From: Squalus acanthias
Lineage: Eukaryota
Direction: 5' to 3'
Length of the DNA: 64,000 bases
Assembly: GCA_030390025.1 (NCBI GenBank)
Contig: CM059432.1
Coordinates: forward strand, 42,472,001-42,536,000
This document shows, piece after piece, positions 11,766 through 24,770 of the stretch. The notes under the pieces were generated by a model. It did no database searches. It saw nothing but the letters and a program-made list of their open reading frames with translations, and was not told the DNA's origin. The stretch's first letter is position 1. Each line of letters opens with the position of its first letter. The position numbers and the translations under genes are program-made.

Positions 11766-13299
11766 TTTTTTTTTTAAATGAGCTCAGCAAGAAATGTTGC
11801 CGTAGGTTTCCATCATCAAGATCAGAGTAATTGCTGTGTAAGTGTGATCCAGAAAATTCCGGGTCAATATATCAAGAAAGGAAGCGAAGGCAGTAATATA
11901 ATTGAGGGCTTCAGATGACTTTCATACACATCTCTTGTACACACACAATTGAAGGAATAGAAATCGAATAATACACCAGAAGGAATAGAAAAACACATTT
12001 CTGGTATCAACAAGATTAAAATCTCAGCTCTGAGTTACTGTGAATTCACTGAAAGTATAAATAATGTTTCAGTTAACTAAGAAGTCAACCTTTACATAGA
12101 TAGAGATATAGATCTCTTCAGCCAGACTTGATTGAATAAAGTATGTGAACAGAGCTTCTCAAAAGCGTTAGTGAAACCACTTATTCTGCTTGGCGTTTTG
12201 ACAGCAATGACCTTGTGGATAAAAACCAGAGATCCACGTAGTGGGTAAGAATGAAGAGAACTTCCAGAGTTCTCAGTTGTAGATTGGTATATTAGCCTTG
12301 AGCCCCTTAGGTGAAAAAAAGGACTGGTCATCATCATCCTATCAGCTTTGTGTGACACAGGGAGCCACATGTCTCCGATGAAGTAAATACTAAAGAATGA
12401 ATCTGTGGGGGAAGCTTTCAACAGACACTCAGCACACAGTCCACTGGAATAGCCCAATGCATTACTTTATGAAGCAGTCAAATAGCAGCCTGTTATTCAT
12501 TGCTTCCACTCCAGATGCTGTTTCTATTTCAGAAAACAACTTTGATAAAGTACAGAACATGGCCCACAGTTGGGATGCATCTGGAAAAGATATTATGTAC
12601 AAATGATAAGGATCACAGAGTGAGTTCCTGTGTTTAAAAAGATTAAACAATGCAACTAAAACCACGTTACCTGCAAGAGGGTATCATGTTAAAAAAAATG
12701 AGTAATATGGCATCAATAAGGCACAATTATTATAGTGTATTAGCCTTAAAAGGAAGACAAACATCTATTTCATGTAAAAATAAATCTAACCAACAGAACT
12801 GCTTTTGAAAGGTTACAAGGAATTGTGATTTAACTATTTTTTAAAAGGAGAAGATAAGCATCCTGGGGATTGTCAAAAAATTGCTGCAACATCTCTTATC
12901 TCATGGTGAATAATTATATTTCTATTCATGTCAACCCACTCCTGTCAGCTAATGTCAGAGATGAGGCTTTTAAGTGAGCAACTTCACTGAAAATCCTCCA
13001 GATTAGTACCTGTACTGATCCTGGATGCCAATCAGAAGGTGTTGAAGTCAGCAAAATGCAGTGTCACACAGTACTGCTGTGTAGACTTACCTTCGTGTTT
13101 GCCACGAAAGTTGCTGGTGACACCAGCAACTGGAGTTAACGGCCGCTGAAAATGGCCGCAACGCTAAGGAGAATAAATTCGTCTGGGGTGCTGGAGATTG
13201 GTGGTGCAGCACTAACCTTCCGTGCAACGCCCTCCTGGTGGCGTTAGTGGAGGCCTCCGAAGCGAATTTCCCATCCTGAAGTGGCGTTCGAGCTGCGCA

Positions 13300-15239
13300 C
13301 TTCTCTGGGAGTGAGGCTGTGGAGCTCACTTGGAATTGTGGGCAATTAAAAGGGCTATGAATTAAAGGGGCAATGCACTCAGAAATAATAAAAATTAAAA
13401 TGCAGTGAATAAATGAAGTTTTCAGCCCTTACTGCCTTTCAAAAAAAATTAACATTATAAAGAAGTCCCAAATGTGATTATTCAGCTCTTAAAGCTGACT
13501 TCCCTTCTGACCCTCAAAAAATGGGTAAACTGCTTCAGCACTGATACAAATGGCTCAGCAAGCCAGGGAAGGGCCACCCAGGGTCTCGCACGCAGCACTC
13601 CAGCTTTGTGCAGGGGGTCAACACTGCAAGACAGGTCCTCTACCCACAGGGGCCAGGAGGCCCTCCAGAAAGAAGGATGTGGGACCACATCACTGAGGCC
13701 ATTACTGCCAGCAGTATCACCCCCACCACCTGGCTCCAGTGCCCAAAGAAGCTTCATGACCTCAGACCACTGGTCAAGGTCAGTGAATGCATCTTCAAAA
13801 GCCGTCTCCTACTAACTGCACCACTAACCTCACACACTGCTAAATGCACGACCCGCACACCGCACTACCAACAATCTGCACCAATCACGAGGCACATCTC
13901 CCATTCCTAGCCTCACCTCACCCCCTTGGAGGAGATGGTGCAGGCCATTCTTGGCATGACTGAGCCCTTGGCCAGCGGCGGGGCTGAAAGGATAAAAGGT
14001 GTTGGTATCATCATACATTATCCTCCTTCAGGCAAACACCTTTTGCTTTCCCGCCCGCCCGTCACCACAACTCCACCCTTGTGCCTTCCTCATTTCACCC
14101 ACCCAAGAAATGCAGCCTGCCCAGCCAGTGGTTGACCAAGAAGAGGGAGAGGAAAGTGAAGAAGAAGAAGAAGAAGAAGAAGAAGAAGAAACACTGTCAC
14201 TCGATTTCACACTCCCAGCCACCAGCTCCTCAAGGTCGACCAGCAAGGCTATTTGCAGTGTCCCCCACTGAAAGTCAGCAGCCTTCCACCAGCCATGCTG
14301 CAGTCACTGGGGTAGCACTGCGTGACATCAGTAGGATAGGCAAAGGCACACAGAAGACAGTCACTAAGAGAATGCATAAGGGTGATGAGTTGATTTCTTG
14401 ATGGCATATTGAATGGGTAGATGTATAAAGTTGGATTGGAAGGTATGCTTAGTGGTGGTTTTTATTTCAGCATTGTGGCCAAGAATGCACTGTGATGGTC
14501 AGTAACAGAGGGAAGGTAAAGTGTGGGATAAATGTAGAAATGGGAATTGGGGTTGTGGTCACTGGTACCGCAGGTGGATGATTCCATACCAGATATCCCG
14601 GCCAGGAAGGGGCTGTCTGGGTTGCATCCTTCCTTCTGCTTCCTCCTCTTCGGCTTTTTCCTCTTCTATGTCTTCCTCTTCCCTCTCTAAGTGGATGCTG
14701 TAAATCTGAAATGACAGCATAAAATGCTGGAAATACTCAGTTGGTCAGGCAGCATCTCAACCTCCACGGATGTTGCCTGACCTGATGAATATTTGCAGCA
14801 TTTTCTGTCTTCTCAGAGGTCTTCCTTTACCATCTGAAGCCTTGCAAGCATCCAGCAGCACTCCCTGCACACTTAAAAAAAACTTTTAACATCTATTGCA
14901 GCAAGCCACTACTTCAGTAAAATTTAAAAAAAAACAGTCCAAAAGCTTAAATCCAAACTTACCTGAATGATGTTTGTGTCCCTTTAAGAGGTGTTGACAT
15001 TGCCACTGTCAGCCTGCTTGCATGCCAGGTTTACCTGGCATGCTTAGGACCCAGCGCTAGGGTCGAAGTTCGGACGGTGACGTTAAGTCGGCGTTGCCAG
15101 TTACTGGCAGCGCAAAGGGAAGGAGGAAAATGGTGGTGGCCGCGGGACCCGCCACCAGCTGGCGAAAGAGTGATGTCCGCCATTTTTCCACCATTTCATG
15201 GCACTACGGAGTGGCGGTAAGTAGATGAATTTCTAGTCC
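13300..15239. mobile_element. Decayed Harbinger-family element (Myb gene remnants on +, transposase largely deleted)
   Basis: TWLQCPKKLHDLRPLVK|GTCAGT Myb exon-1 motif, acidic (GAA)n exon, terminal GAATTTCTAGTCC matching the TIR consensus; homologous to 48705-59009. Left boundary approximate. Confidence 0.75.
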
Positions 15240-15765
15240 ATGGTTTTCAGCTCCTTGGCGCCTCTAAATTTCTCCAATGAATAACTGAGTCTCAGGTTTC
15301 AGCCCTGGTCTGTATTATGTAATTTCAGCTAAGGAGGTAGTATCAGTGGTACAATTAGCCTCAGCATCCTTGGTTTGAGGACGTGAAAACTAGCCAAGAG
15401 TTCCTGCCTTTGATCGCTATCCAGCAACATTTGCTCAACGTCGCAGGGTGTGGCAAGGTTAGAATCAGGCTAGCTGTAATGCCCTTGTGATCAAATAGCT
15501 TGTTGACCCTTATTGTCAAGCCTCTTTACAGAACAATGGCTACTTGCATGAGTTCACAGAAGGAACTGACATCTGTTGAACTGTTCCCCATGAAGAAGTT
15601 AACGGCTTTAGGAGAGAAGAAAATTTATAGATAAAAAACTGTTTTTTGTGTATTCTTTATGCTCAATAAAAGGATCATGATGCGGAGATGCCGGTGTTGG
15701 ACTGGGGTGGACAAAATTGAGAGGTCGCACAACACCAGGTTATAGTCCAACAGTTTTATTTGAAA

Positions 15766-15803
15766 TCACAAGCTTTCGGAACTATCGCTCCTTCCTCAGG
15801 TGA
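15766..15803 (-). ncRNA. Minimal hammerhead ribozyme in Penelope pLTR
   Basis: UCAC-CUGAGGA-A-GGAGC(GAUA)GUUCC-GAAA-GCUU-GUGA; palindromic AAGCUU stem III. Confidence 0.75.
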
Positions 15804-16142
15804 AGTAAATTGGATACAGAATCGTCAGAGCATATATAGATGGAAAAAAAAGCATGTGTACTTTACAATTGCAGACCAGTAAATTAAATCATCCTGACTA
15901 TCTGCCGAGGTGTGATAAAGTTAATTAAGTCAGCCAGGAAGGTACCACATCAAAAGACATAGCAAGATACAACTGAGACAATGAGGTGAAGTCGCAGGGG
16001 TTCTAACGTGTCAAAAGCTGCCGTCTGTATGTAAAACGAAAAGCTTTAAAAAAAAAAAAAAATTACTTTTTTACTGGGAAAATTTTTACTTTTTTACTGG
16101 GAATCACATCTGTGAACAAGCTAACGACGACTCGAGTCCGGA

Positions 16143-17878
16143 TCACGTCATGTATCGTGACATAAACCCAAGATCCCGATTGAGACCGTCTTCATGAGTG
16201 CAGAACTTGGCTATCAGTTTCTGCTCGATGATTTTGCGTTGTCGTGTGTTTCTAAGGTTGCCTTGGAGAACGCTTACCCGCAGATCCGAGGCTGAATGTC
16301 CTTGACTGCTGAAGTGTTCCCCGACTGGGAGGTAACAATCCTGCCTGGCGATTGTTGCGCGGTGCTCGTTCATACGTTGTCTCAGTGTCTGCATGGTCTC
16401 GCCGATGTACCATGCCGCGGTGCATTCTTTCCTGCAACGTATGAGGTAGACAACGTTGGCCGAGTCACATGAGTATGTACCATGTACCTGGTGGGTAGTG
16501 TCCTCACGTGTGATGGTGGTATCTGTGTTGATGATCTGGCATGTCTTGCAGAGTTTGCCATGGCAGGGTTGTGTGGTGTCGTGGTCGCTGTTATCCTGAA
16601 AGCTGGGTAATTTGCTGCGAACGATGGTACTTCTGAGGTTAGGCGGCTGTTTGAAGGCAAGTAGTGGAGGCGTGGGGATGGCCTTAGCGAGGTGTTTGTC
16701 GTCATCGATGACATGTTGAAGGCTGCGAAGAACATGTCGTAGTTTCTCCGCTCCGGGGAAGTACTGGATGACGTAGGGTACCCTGTTGGTTGTGTCCCGT
16801 GTTTGCCTTCTGAGGAGGTCTATGCGATTTTTCGCTGTGGCCCGTCGGAACTGTCGATCGATGAGTCGAGCGTCATATCCCGTTCTTACGAGGGCGTTTT
16901 TCAGCGTCCGTAGGTGTCCATCGCGTTCCTCCTCGTCTGAGCAGATCCTGTGTATTCGCAGGGCTTGTCCATAGGGGATGGCTTCTTTAACATGGTTAGG
17001 GTGGAAGCTGGAGAAGTGGAGCATCGTGAGGTTGTCCGTGGGCTTGCGGTAGAGTGAAGTGCTGAGGTGTCCGTCTTTGATGGAGATTCGTGTGTCCAGG
17101 AATGAGACCGATTCTGAGGAGTAGTCCATGGTGAGTTTGATGGTGGGATGGAACTTGTTTATGTTATCGTGTAGTCTTTTCAGTGATCCTTCGCCATGGG
17201 TCCAAAGGAAGAAAATGTCGTCGATGTATCTGGTGTACAGCGTTGGCTGGAGGTCCTGTGCAGCGAAGAAGTCTTGCTCGAACTTGTGCATGAAGATGTT
17301 GGCGTATTGGGGTGCGAATTTGGTCCCCATGGCTGTTCCGTGTGTTTGGGTAAAAAAATGGTTGTCGAAGGTGAAGACATTGTGGTCAAGGATGAAGCGG
17401 ATGAGTTGTAGGATGGCGTCTGGAGATTGGCTGTTGTTGATGTTGAGTACTGAGGCTGTTGCAGCGATGCCGTCATCGTGGGGGATACTGGTGTAGAGTG
17501 CCGATACGTCCATCGTGGCAAGGAGTGTTCCTGGTTCAACTGGTCCGTGGGTGCTGAGTTTCTGTAAGAAGTCTGTAGTGTCGCGACAGAAGCTGGGGGT
17601 TCCCTGTACGATGGGTTTCAGAATGCCCTCGACGTATCCAGAGAGGTTCTCACACAGGGTTCCATTGCCTGATACGATAGGACGTCCGGGTGTGTTGGCT
17701 TTGTGTATCTTTGGGAGGCAGTAGAAGTCTCCCACGCGGGGAGTACGTGGGATGAGAGCGCGTAGGATGTTTTGAAGGTCTGGATCGAAGGTCTTGATCA
17801 GTCTATTGAGTTGGCGGGTGTGTTCTTTGGTCGGATCTGCGGGTAGCTGTCTGTAGTGTTCCTGGTTGTCCAGTTGTC
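16143..17878 (-). CDS. Penelope-type reverse transcriptase + GIY-YIG endonuclease (N-terminally truncated, uninterrupted frame)
   Basis: FYCLPKIHK, GRPIVS, MDVSALYTSI, GTAMG, RYIDDIF, FLD, YRKPTD; VVYLIRC..C...WYIGET..LRQRMNEH...GLN; the frame is open upstream of the listed start up to the TSD. Confidence 0.9.
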
Positions 17879-18504
17879 CAATAAAAGGATGTCAGTGCAA
17901 GCCCATGATACTTAAATCACCTGCACCCAGAAATTCACCCCCTCTCGAGAACTGACTCCACCCGACCTACCATCTTACGAGCCTGGAGGCCAGCTGGGCT
18001 GCCAGAGATCCCGGGGAGTTGGAGCCAGCGGGTAACCCAGGCGCTCTCATTTTCCACCCGCAGCCCACTGGTCACACAGCTGGCAAAGATAGGAGACTTT
18101 CAAGTCATTCATTAGGGCTGGACTTATGTCCCAGAGATGAAAATGTAATATTCCAAGCTCCCGTGCCACTCCTGCCTTCTGTTAATCGTTTAGTTATTTA
18201 TTTGTTGAAACAGTGCTGCCGATGACATCAGGCTAGTTGGTTCGCAGGAGGTATTGAGCCTGGCAGTTTAAGGCAGTTAAATTAGCATGCACTGTTAAAG
18301 TGACAGTTGTTGAAATATCCTAGGTTAATGAATGTGTGTGTAATTAGGTTATTTGTGTTTCCAAGTTAATTAACTCCTCCAAACAAGTTAGATTGATATC
18401 ACCAATACTCACTATTTCAAAAACAATAGGGGAAGATTCACTCTGTTCGCTATGTGTGAGCAACACTATAAACATAATGGAAATTTCCTTTGATGTCTAC
18501 TGGT

Positions 18505-18717
18505 GTCAGTCGTGGCTCAGTGGGTAGCACTTTCGCCTCTGAGTCAGAAGGTTGTAGATTTATAGTCCCACTCCAGAGACTTGAGCACAAAAAAATCTAG
18601 GCTGACTGAGGGAGTGTTGACTGTTGAGTGTTGTCTTTCAGATGAGATGTTAACCTTATGTCTGCTCTCTCAGGTGGACATAAAAGATCCCTTGGCACTA
18701 TATCAAAGAAGGGCAGG
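18505..18717 (+). mobile_element. Deu-domain SINE, 5' half (tRNA-derived head)
   Basis: A-box TGGCTCAGTGG, tRNA-like head, Deu core; continues at 20720 after the Penelope insertion (GGAG TSD). Confidence 0.75.
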
Positions 18718-20352
18718 GGAGATCTTCCCCCCACGGCTGCCAACCTCATAGTTCCCCAACCCCGCACAGCCCGCTTCTACCTCCTTCCCAAGATCCACAA
18801 ACAGGACTGCCCTGGTAGACCCATCGTTTCAGCCTGTTCTTGCCCCACGGAACTTATCTCTTCCTATCTTGACTCTATTTTTTCTCCCCTTGTCCAGTTT
18901 CTTCCCACCTACACCCGCGATTCCTCTGACGCTCTCCGCCACTTTAACAGTTTCCAGTTTCCTGGCCCCAACCGCCTCCTTTTCACCATGGACGTACAAT
19001 CCCTCTACACCTCCATCCCCCACCAGGATGGCCTGAGGGCGCTCCGCTTCTTCCTTGAACAGAGGCCCAACCAGTCCCCATCCATCGCCACCCTCCTCCG
19101 CCTGGCTGAACTTGTTCTCACATTGAACAACTTCTCCTTTGACTCCACTCATTTCCTCCAAATCAAAGCTGTTGCTATGGGTACCCGCATGGGTCCTAGC
19201 TATGCCTGCCTTTTTGTGGGATATCTGGAACACTCTTTGTTCCAGTCCTACTCGGGTCCCCTCCCTCACCTCTTTTTCCGGTACATTGATGACTGTATCG
19301 GTGCCGTTTCCTGCTCTCGCCCTGAACTAGACAATTTCATTCACTTTGCCTCCAATTTCCACCATTCCCTCACCTTCACATGGTCCATCTCCGACTCTTC
19401 CCTTCCCTTCCTCGACTTCTCCGTCTCCATCTCTGGGGATAGGTTATTGACCAACATTCACTACAAGCCCACTGACTCCCACAGCTACCTGGACTACACT
19501 TCCTTCCACCCCGCCTCCTGTAAGGACTCTATTCCATTCTCCCAGTTTCTCCGTCTCTGTCACATCTGCTCTGATGATGCCACCTTCCATACCAGTGCTT
19601 CCGACATGTCTTCCTTTTTCCTCAACCAAGGATTCCCCTCTACCGTGGTCGACACGGCCCTCGACCGTGTCCGTTCTATCTCCCGCACTTCTGCCCTCAC
19701 CCCGGCCCCTCCCTCCCGGAACCATGATAGGGTTCCCCTTGTCCTCACCTTTCACCCCACCAGCCTCCACATTCAACGGATCATCCTCCGCCATTTCCGC
19801 CACCTCCAGCGTGATCCCACCACCAAACGTATCTTCCCCTCACCTCCCCTTTCAGCATCACGTAGGGACCGCTCCCTCCGAGGCACCCTAGTCCACTCCT
19901 CTATCACCCCCAGCACCCCTTCCCCCTCGCCCAGCACCTTCCCATGCAAGCGCAGGAGATGCAACACCTGCCCTTATACATTCCCCCTTCCCACTCTCCA
20001 GGGCCCCAAACACCCCTTCCAGGTGAAACAGCGATTTACTTGTACTTCTTGCAATCTAGTATACTGTATTCGCTGCTCACGATGTGGTCTCCTCTACATT
20101 GGGGAGACCAAACGCAGATTGGGTGACCGCTTTGCGGAACACCTCCGTTCAGTCCGTAAGGGTGACCCCGAGCTTCCGGTCGCTTGTCATTTTAATTCAC
20201 CTCTCCACGCCCACTCAGACCTCACCGTCCTCAGCCTCGTGCATTGTTCCACGGAAGCTCAGCGTAAGCTCGAGGAACAGCACCTCATCTTCCGATTAGG
20301 CACTTTACAGCCTTCCGGACTCAATATCGAGTTCAACAATTTCAGATCATAA
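18718..20352 (+). CDS. Penelope-type RT + GIY-YIG endonuclease (N-terminally truncated)
   Basis: FYLLPKIHK, GRPIVS, MDVQSLYTSI, AMGTRMGP, RYIDD, YKPTD, LVYCIRCSRCGLLYIGETKRRL..RFAEH, GLN. The first 20 aa of the listed ORF are SINE-derived. Confidence 0.9.
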   Translation, partial: GDLPPTAANLIVPQPRTARFYLLPKIHKQDCPGRPIVSACSCPTELISSYLDSIFSPLVQFLPTYTRDSSDALRHFNSFQFPGPNRLLFTMDVQSLYTSIPHQDGLRALRFFLEQRPNQSPSIATLLRLAELVLTLNNFSFDSTHFLQIKAVAMGTRMGPSYACLFVGYLEHSLFQSYSGPLPHLFFRYIDDCIGAVSCSRPELDNFIHFASNFHHSLTFTWSISDSSLPFLDFSVSISGDRLLTNIHYKPTDSHSYLDYTSFHPASCKDSIPFSQFLRLCHICSDDATFHTSASDMSSFFLNQGFPSTVVDTALDRVRSISRTSALTPAPPSRNHDRVPLVLTFHPTSLHIQRIILRHFRHLQRDPTTKRIFPSPPLSASRRDRSLRGTLVHSSITPSTPSPSPSTFPCKRRRCNTCPYTFPLPTLQGPKHPFQVKQRFTCTSCNLVYCIRCSRCGLLYIGETKRRLGDRFAEHLRSVRKGDPELPVACHFNSPLHAHSDLTVLSLVHCSTEAQRKLEEQHLIFRLGTLQPSGLNIEFNNFRS

Positions 20353-20628
20353 CCTCGGCCCCTACCACATATCCACCCTTTTGGTTTGTGCCTTTTCCCT
20401 TTTTATTCTCTCTCTCCCCCCACGGCAGCTGTCTCTCATTCTGCCAGCATTTCACACTTCACACTTCTGAGCCACCTTTTGTTTCTTAACCTGTCCTATT
20501 ACCATCTCGTCTTGCCTTGAGCATCTCTTAATGTCTTTACTTACCATACACCACCCCTTTTGTTCTTTTATTCCTCCCCCCAGCCTCCCCCTTGCTTTTT
20601 TATCTGTTTCATTTCCTGCTTTTTTCTC

Positions 20629-20664
20629 AGCTCTGATGAAGGGTTTCGACCTGAAACGTTAACT
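20629..20664 (+). ncRNA. Minimal hammerhead ribozyme (slightly degenerate)
   Basis: CUGAUGA-AGGGUUUCGACCU-GAAACGUU-AACU. Confidence 0.65.
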
Positions 20665-20719
20665 CTGTTTCTCTCTCCACGGATGTTGCCTGGCCTGCTG
20701 AGTTTTTCCAGCGTTTTCT

Positions 20720-20950
20720 GGAGTTATCCCTGGTGTCCTGGCCAATATTTATCCCTCAATCAACCTCTAAAACAGATTATCTGGTCATTATCACATTGCT
20801 ATTTGTGGGAGCTTGCTGTGCACAAATTGGCTGTTGTGTTTCCTACATTACAACAGTGACTACCCTACAAAAGTACTTCATTGGCTGTAAAGCACTTTGG
20901 GATGACCTGAGGTCATGAAAGGCGTTATATAAGCAGAAGTCTTTCTTTCT
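20720..20950 (+). mobile_element. Deu-domain SINE, 3' half
   Basis: GGAGTTATCCCTGGTGTCCTGGCC...GCACTTTGGG...GCGTTATATAA plus TCTT tail. Confidence 0.75.
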
Positions 20951-23207
20951 AGGGAAGTTGTAAATGCATTCTTTTGGAACACTTTTATAATTTTGCTAGA
21001 AATAGTGAACATAGGATATCTCCCTGCTCTGTTTATGATGGTGCTAAGATATATGCTGTGAATTTCTATTGGGGGGGTGGTCATCTCTTGACTGGCCACC
21101 GTAACTTTGGCAGAAGATCAGCGGAAACCTTGGAAACACCGTATAAATGGAATTTCCGCCGATCTTCCACTGAAGTTCCATTGGCCGATTAGGAGACTCA
21201 CCGAGGTAATTCCTGACAGTAGTGACCAGTGAAAAACATAGCTAAAGTATTCAAGAAGAAACAAAAATATTTAAAAATAAATAGAAAGATGTTAAAGTTA
21301 TTCAGAATTCTTTATAACTGTGAGTTTTAGAAGGAGCAATGAGGTCAACTTGTTCCCTTTAATGCTTCATTTATTGCTTCAAATCATCACTTTCACAGGT
21401 TAATTAGACAGTCATATTAGAGTGCTGCTCTCAAACTCTCATTTCTCGAAAGCCGTGGAGGAATTAGTTTGAGACGTAGACCACTTTGAAGTCCTGGCCA
21501 GGGTATTGAGGTTGCACCTTAAGAGTATTAGTCCAGTGTCCCAATCAGCACTGTAATTGGAGTGCTTTCATGAGCTGCCAGGAACCTGAATGTTAGAATT
21601 ACTAAACACAGCATAAGTTATGAAATTTGGAATATATGGAACTCTAGAAAATTTATTCTTAAGGAACCGTTACTACCATTGTCAGGTCCCATTGTTGCAC
21701 TGTTCTAGATAGGTATCAATAGTGGCCTAACCCAATTGAACAACCAAATAGATGAAACAGATAAGTAATTATCGTACCAAATACTTTCTTCTGATAAAAA
21801 TGTTGCTCCCTGTTTATTTTTTTGGAGGTTTTTTCCCCATTCTTCAAGGTCCCAAGGTCCCAAGCGCCATGCACCAACAATCCTTGACCAAGGAGAAGGC
21901 CAGATGGCTGTTCCCATGCCTCTGCTAATATCTCTCTACAACCAACAATTCGAAGGTTCATGAAGGCAGGGTGGGTTGACTCACTTTCCAATTTTTCTGT
22001 CTTTGGAGAGACTTGTTTCCTCTGTTCAGAACCTCCTTTTGTGGATCATTTGAGATTGGGAACTGACTGCATGGCAAAATCACAGTAATGAATCAAAGTT
22101 GTTACTACTTCATAGGTGCTGCGCATTCGTGCATATGCATACTGATTACTCTATGATGTGCAGCTTGCTTCATTTCAAAACTCTTAAATAATCAGGGGTT
22201 ACAAAGAGCCTATATGAGGAAACATTCACCTTCAAGGACTTTTGGGGCAAAAAGCTCAGTTATGAAAGTTCTTTGTTTTCAATATTTGAATTACTTTTAA
22301 GTAACAGAGCAGCTTAATGCTGTAAAATCTCATTTATATAAGTCATATATTCTGTACATCCACTGCTTGCCTCCACTAGACTGAAACGAGTAACGCTGTA
22401 TACGCTGCTGAATAAAGACATAAAATTATGGTAATTTCATTCTTCAGCTGAGGAACCATCAAAGAATCAAGAAGCCTGAAGCACATCTTTCTCCAGCACT
22501 TCACATTTATCAAAGCTTATTCTTTTATGAGTCAAGCAGTGATGGATTGTCAGAGTTACTGATTTGTCTATTTCAGTGTATTAAGCAAGATAAAAATATT
22601 CAGACAGGAAAGTGAAAAATGCTGTCCGTGACATTGTTTTCTTGCAATTTATTCTTGTCTTTTCAAAATGAGATATTTGGCAAGTTGAGCAAAGCGAAAG
22701 CATGTGCTTTGCTTCCATGGTTAATAATCTTCTAATCTACAGCTGTTTTCAGTCCATGAAAGTGAGTGAATCTTAGCTTACTGATGGCTACCCTTCAAAT
22801 ATTCAATTTCCTTTGCTTCACGCAGCATGCAGGCAGGTTCCCTCTACTGTATGTAAAACTGTCATACATTCAGATTAGTTTACAGTAAAAAGCAACAAAG
22901 GTTAGATTGCTAGATATCACATCTGAGATGGCACTATAGGTGTGATCACAGAAGCAATAGAACATTTATTTATTTAACATATTTCACAGTGCCCTGGGTA
23001 GATCAATTTTGCACAGATTAGCTATATACAAAAGATTAGCTATATACTGCTAAATTATAGGGAAAAATAATGTTAAAAAGGCAATCCTACATTATATGAG
23101 CAGAAAATCACTCAGGCAGTAGGACAGCAAATCAGTTCTATTCATGCATTATGAGATTAGTTTCTCATAGAATATTTTCCATATTCTGCAGCAGCCTGAG
23201 AAATCTC

Positions 23208-24095
23208 AGGGTAGAAATTGGTTTAAGCCTGTTTTCAGGCACAGAATCACATGGGCGCAACTAAGGCCCCAAGTTGGTTCACCTGATTAATTTAAGGGTG
23301 GGCTGCCAGTGCTACTCACATTGTTCATTGGCAGCTCACCTAATGTGGGCATCAATATCGTGTGTTGCTGACGCCATTTAAATACAGCCTGCACCTCTTA
23401 AAGTGGAGGTGCACTTTGACTGCAGGCAACTTTGATTGGTCACTTTCAAGTAGCTGTTTCCAGTCCACTTTTGCTAAACCACATCTTAGCTTAGTAAAAT
23501 TGGTCTTTCCCCAATTGAGAACTTTTACTCCTGGAGTCTGTTGGAGTAGTGAAGTAAATGTTTTTGTTTTGGTATACCTGTTGTTCTTCATAATCTTAGT
23601 GATGTAACAGGACTATACATGAAGTGATACTGTTTGAGGGCATTGATATGGTGGGTGTCAGGACTTGGTAAGATGGAAGGAGTAACTCTTGGTGCTCTGG
23701 GGAGGGGAGGGATGGCTCAGGAGAATTTCTCCTCAATAATTTGCTGCCTTACAGATCTGCTATCCTCCAAGGCTTCCTCACTGTTGGTCCCCCCTGCAGT
23801 GCCCAGGCTTGATGGACTATACACTCCATGGTTGACTGCATGGTCTTGATGTACACAAGTTGGAGCTGGACTCCACCATGCGTTCCGACATTGCGCGCAA
23901 GCTTTCTGGCCATGTACGAAAACAGCAGACAAGTTGGAGCTGGAATCCTCCATGATCTCCGACATTGTGTGTAAGCTCTCTGGCAGGCAGCCCAGTGCAC
24001 TTAGAAGGTCCATGTGTATTGTTCTTAATCAGTCATTTTATGTATGATGGTCCGTCGATGTCTTCATCTTTAACCTCTGCAGCACTCGAGTTCGC
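23208..24095. mobile_element. Decayed Harbinger fragments with a short CR1 piece (about 23430-23530, minus strand)
   Basis: AGGGTAGAAATT TIR-like start; LPESLHTMSEIMEDSSSN resembles Myb-gene exon 3 at 28400-28500; LNWGKTNF CR1 motif. Confidence 0.5.
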
Positions 24096-24770
24096 ATGCA
24101 GGTACAGCAAGCAATTAGGAAGGCAAATGGCATGTTGGCTTTTATTGCTAGAGGGTTGGAGTACAAGAGTAAGGAAGTCTTGCTACAATTGTACAGGGCT
24201 CTGGTGAGACCACACCTGGAGTACTGTGCACAGTTTTGGTCTTCTTATTTAAGGAAGGATATACTTGCCTTAGAGGCGGTGCAACGAAGGTTCACTAGAT
24301 TGATTCCTGGGATGAGAGGGTTGTCCTATGAGGAGAGATTGAGTAGATTGGGCCTATACTCTCTGGAGTTTCAAAGAATGAGAGGTGATCTCATTGAAAC
24401 ATATAAGATTCTGAGGGGGATTGACAGGGTAAATGCTGAGAGATGGTTTCCCTTGGCTGGAGAGTCTAGAGCGAAGGGGCATAGTCTCAGGATAAGGGAC
24501 TGGCCTTTTAAGACTGAGATGAGGAGGAATTTCTTCACTCAGAGGGTTGTGAATCTTTGGAATTCTCTGCCCCAAAGTGCTGTGGGTGCTCAGTCGTTGA
24601 GTATATTCAAGGCTGAAATCGATAGATTTTTGGACTCCAGAGGAATCAAGTGATATGGGGATAGGGCAGGGAAGTGGAGTTGAGGTCAAAGATCAGCCAT
24701 GATCTTATTGAATGGTGGAGCAGGCTCGAGGGGCCATATGGCCTACTCCTGTTCTTAATTCTTATGTTCT
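24096..24770 (+). mobile_element. CR1 3' fragment
   Basis: MQVQQAIRKANGML...LVRPHLEYC...QRVVNLWN and CR1 tail. Confidence 0.92.

Larger units (their letters stand above)
15676..17878 (-). mobile_element. Penelope-like retroelement, 5'-truncated
   Basis: 12-bp TSD CAATAAAAGGAT (15664-15675, 17879-17890); RT plus GIY-YIG ORF; 3' pLTR with hammerhead. Confidence 0.95.
18718..20719 (+). mobile_element. Penelope-like retroelement (second family), 5'-truncated, inserted in a SINE
   Basis: RT plus GIY-YIG ORF and 3' pLTR with hammerhead; SINE halves rejoin across it. Confidence 0.93.

Noticed and set aside
11790..12680. Possible exon or pseudogene in non-repetitive-looking sequence
   Set aside because: Only short ORFs with stops in all frames and no recognisable homology.
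18505..18575. tRNA gene
   Set aside because: tRNA-derived SINE head with a degenerate B box, continuing into the SINE body.
18658..18717. ATG start of the 564-aa ORF as a true Penelope start
   Set aside because: These codons come from the flanking SINE; the in-frame fusion is fortuitous.
21705..22060. Short minus-strand ORFs
   Set aside because: No motif or convincing splice pair.
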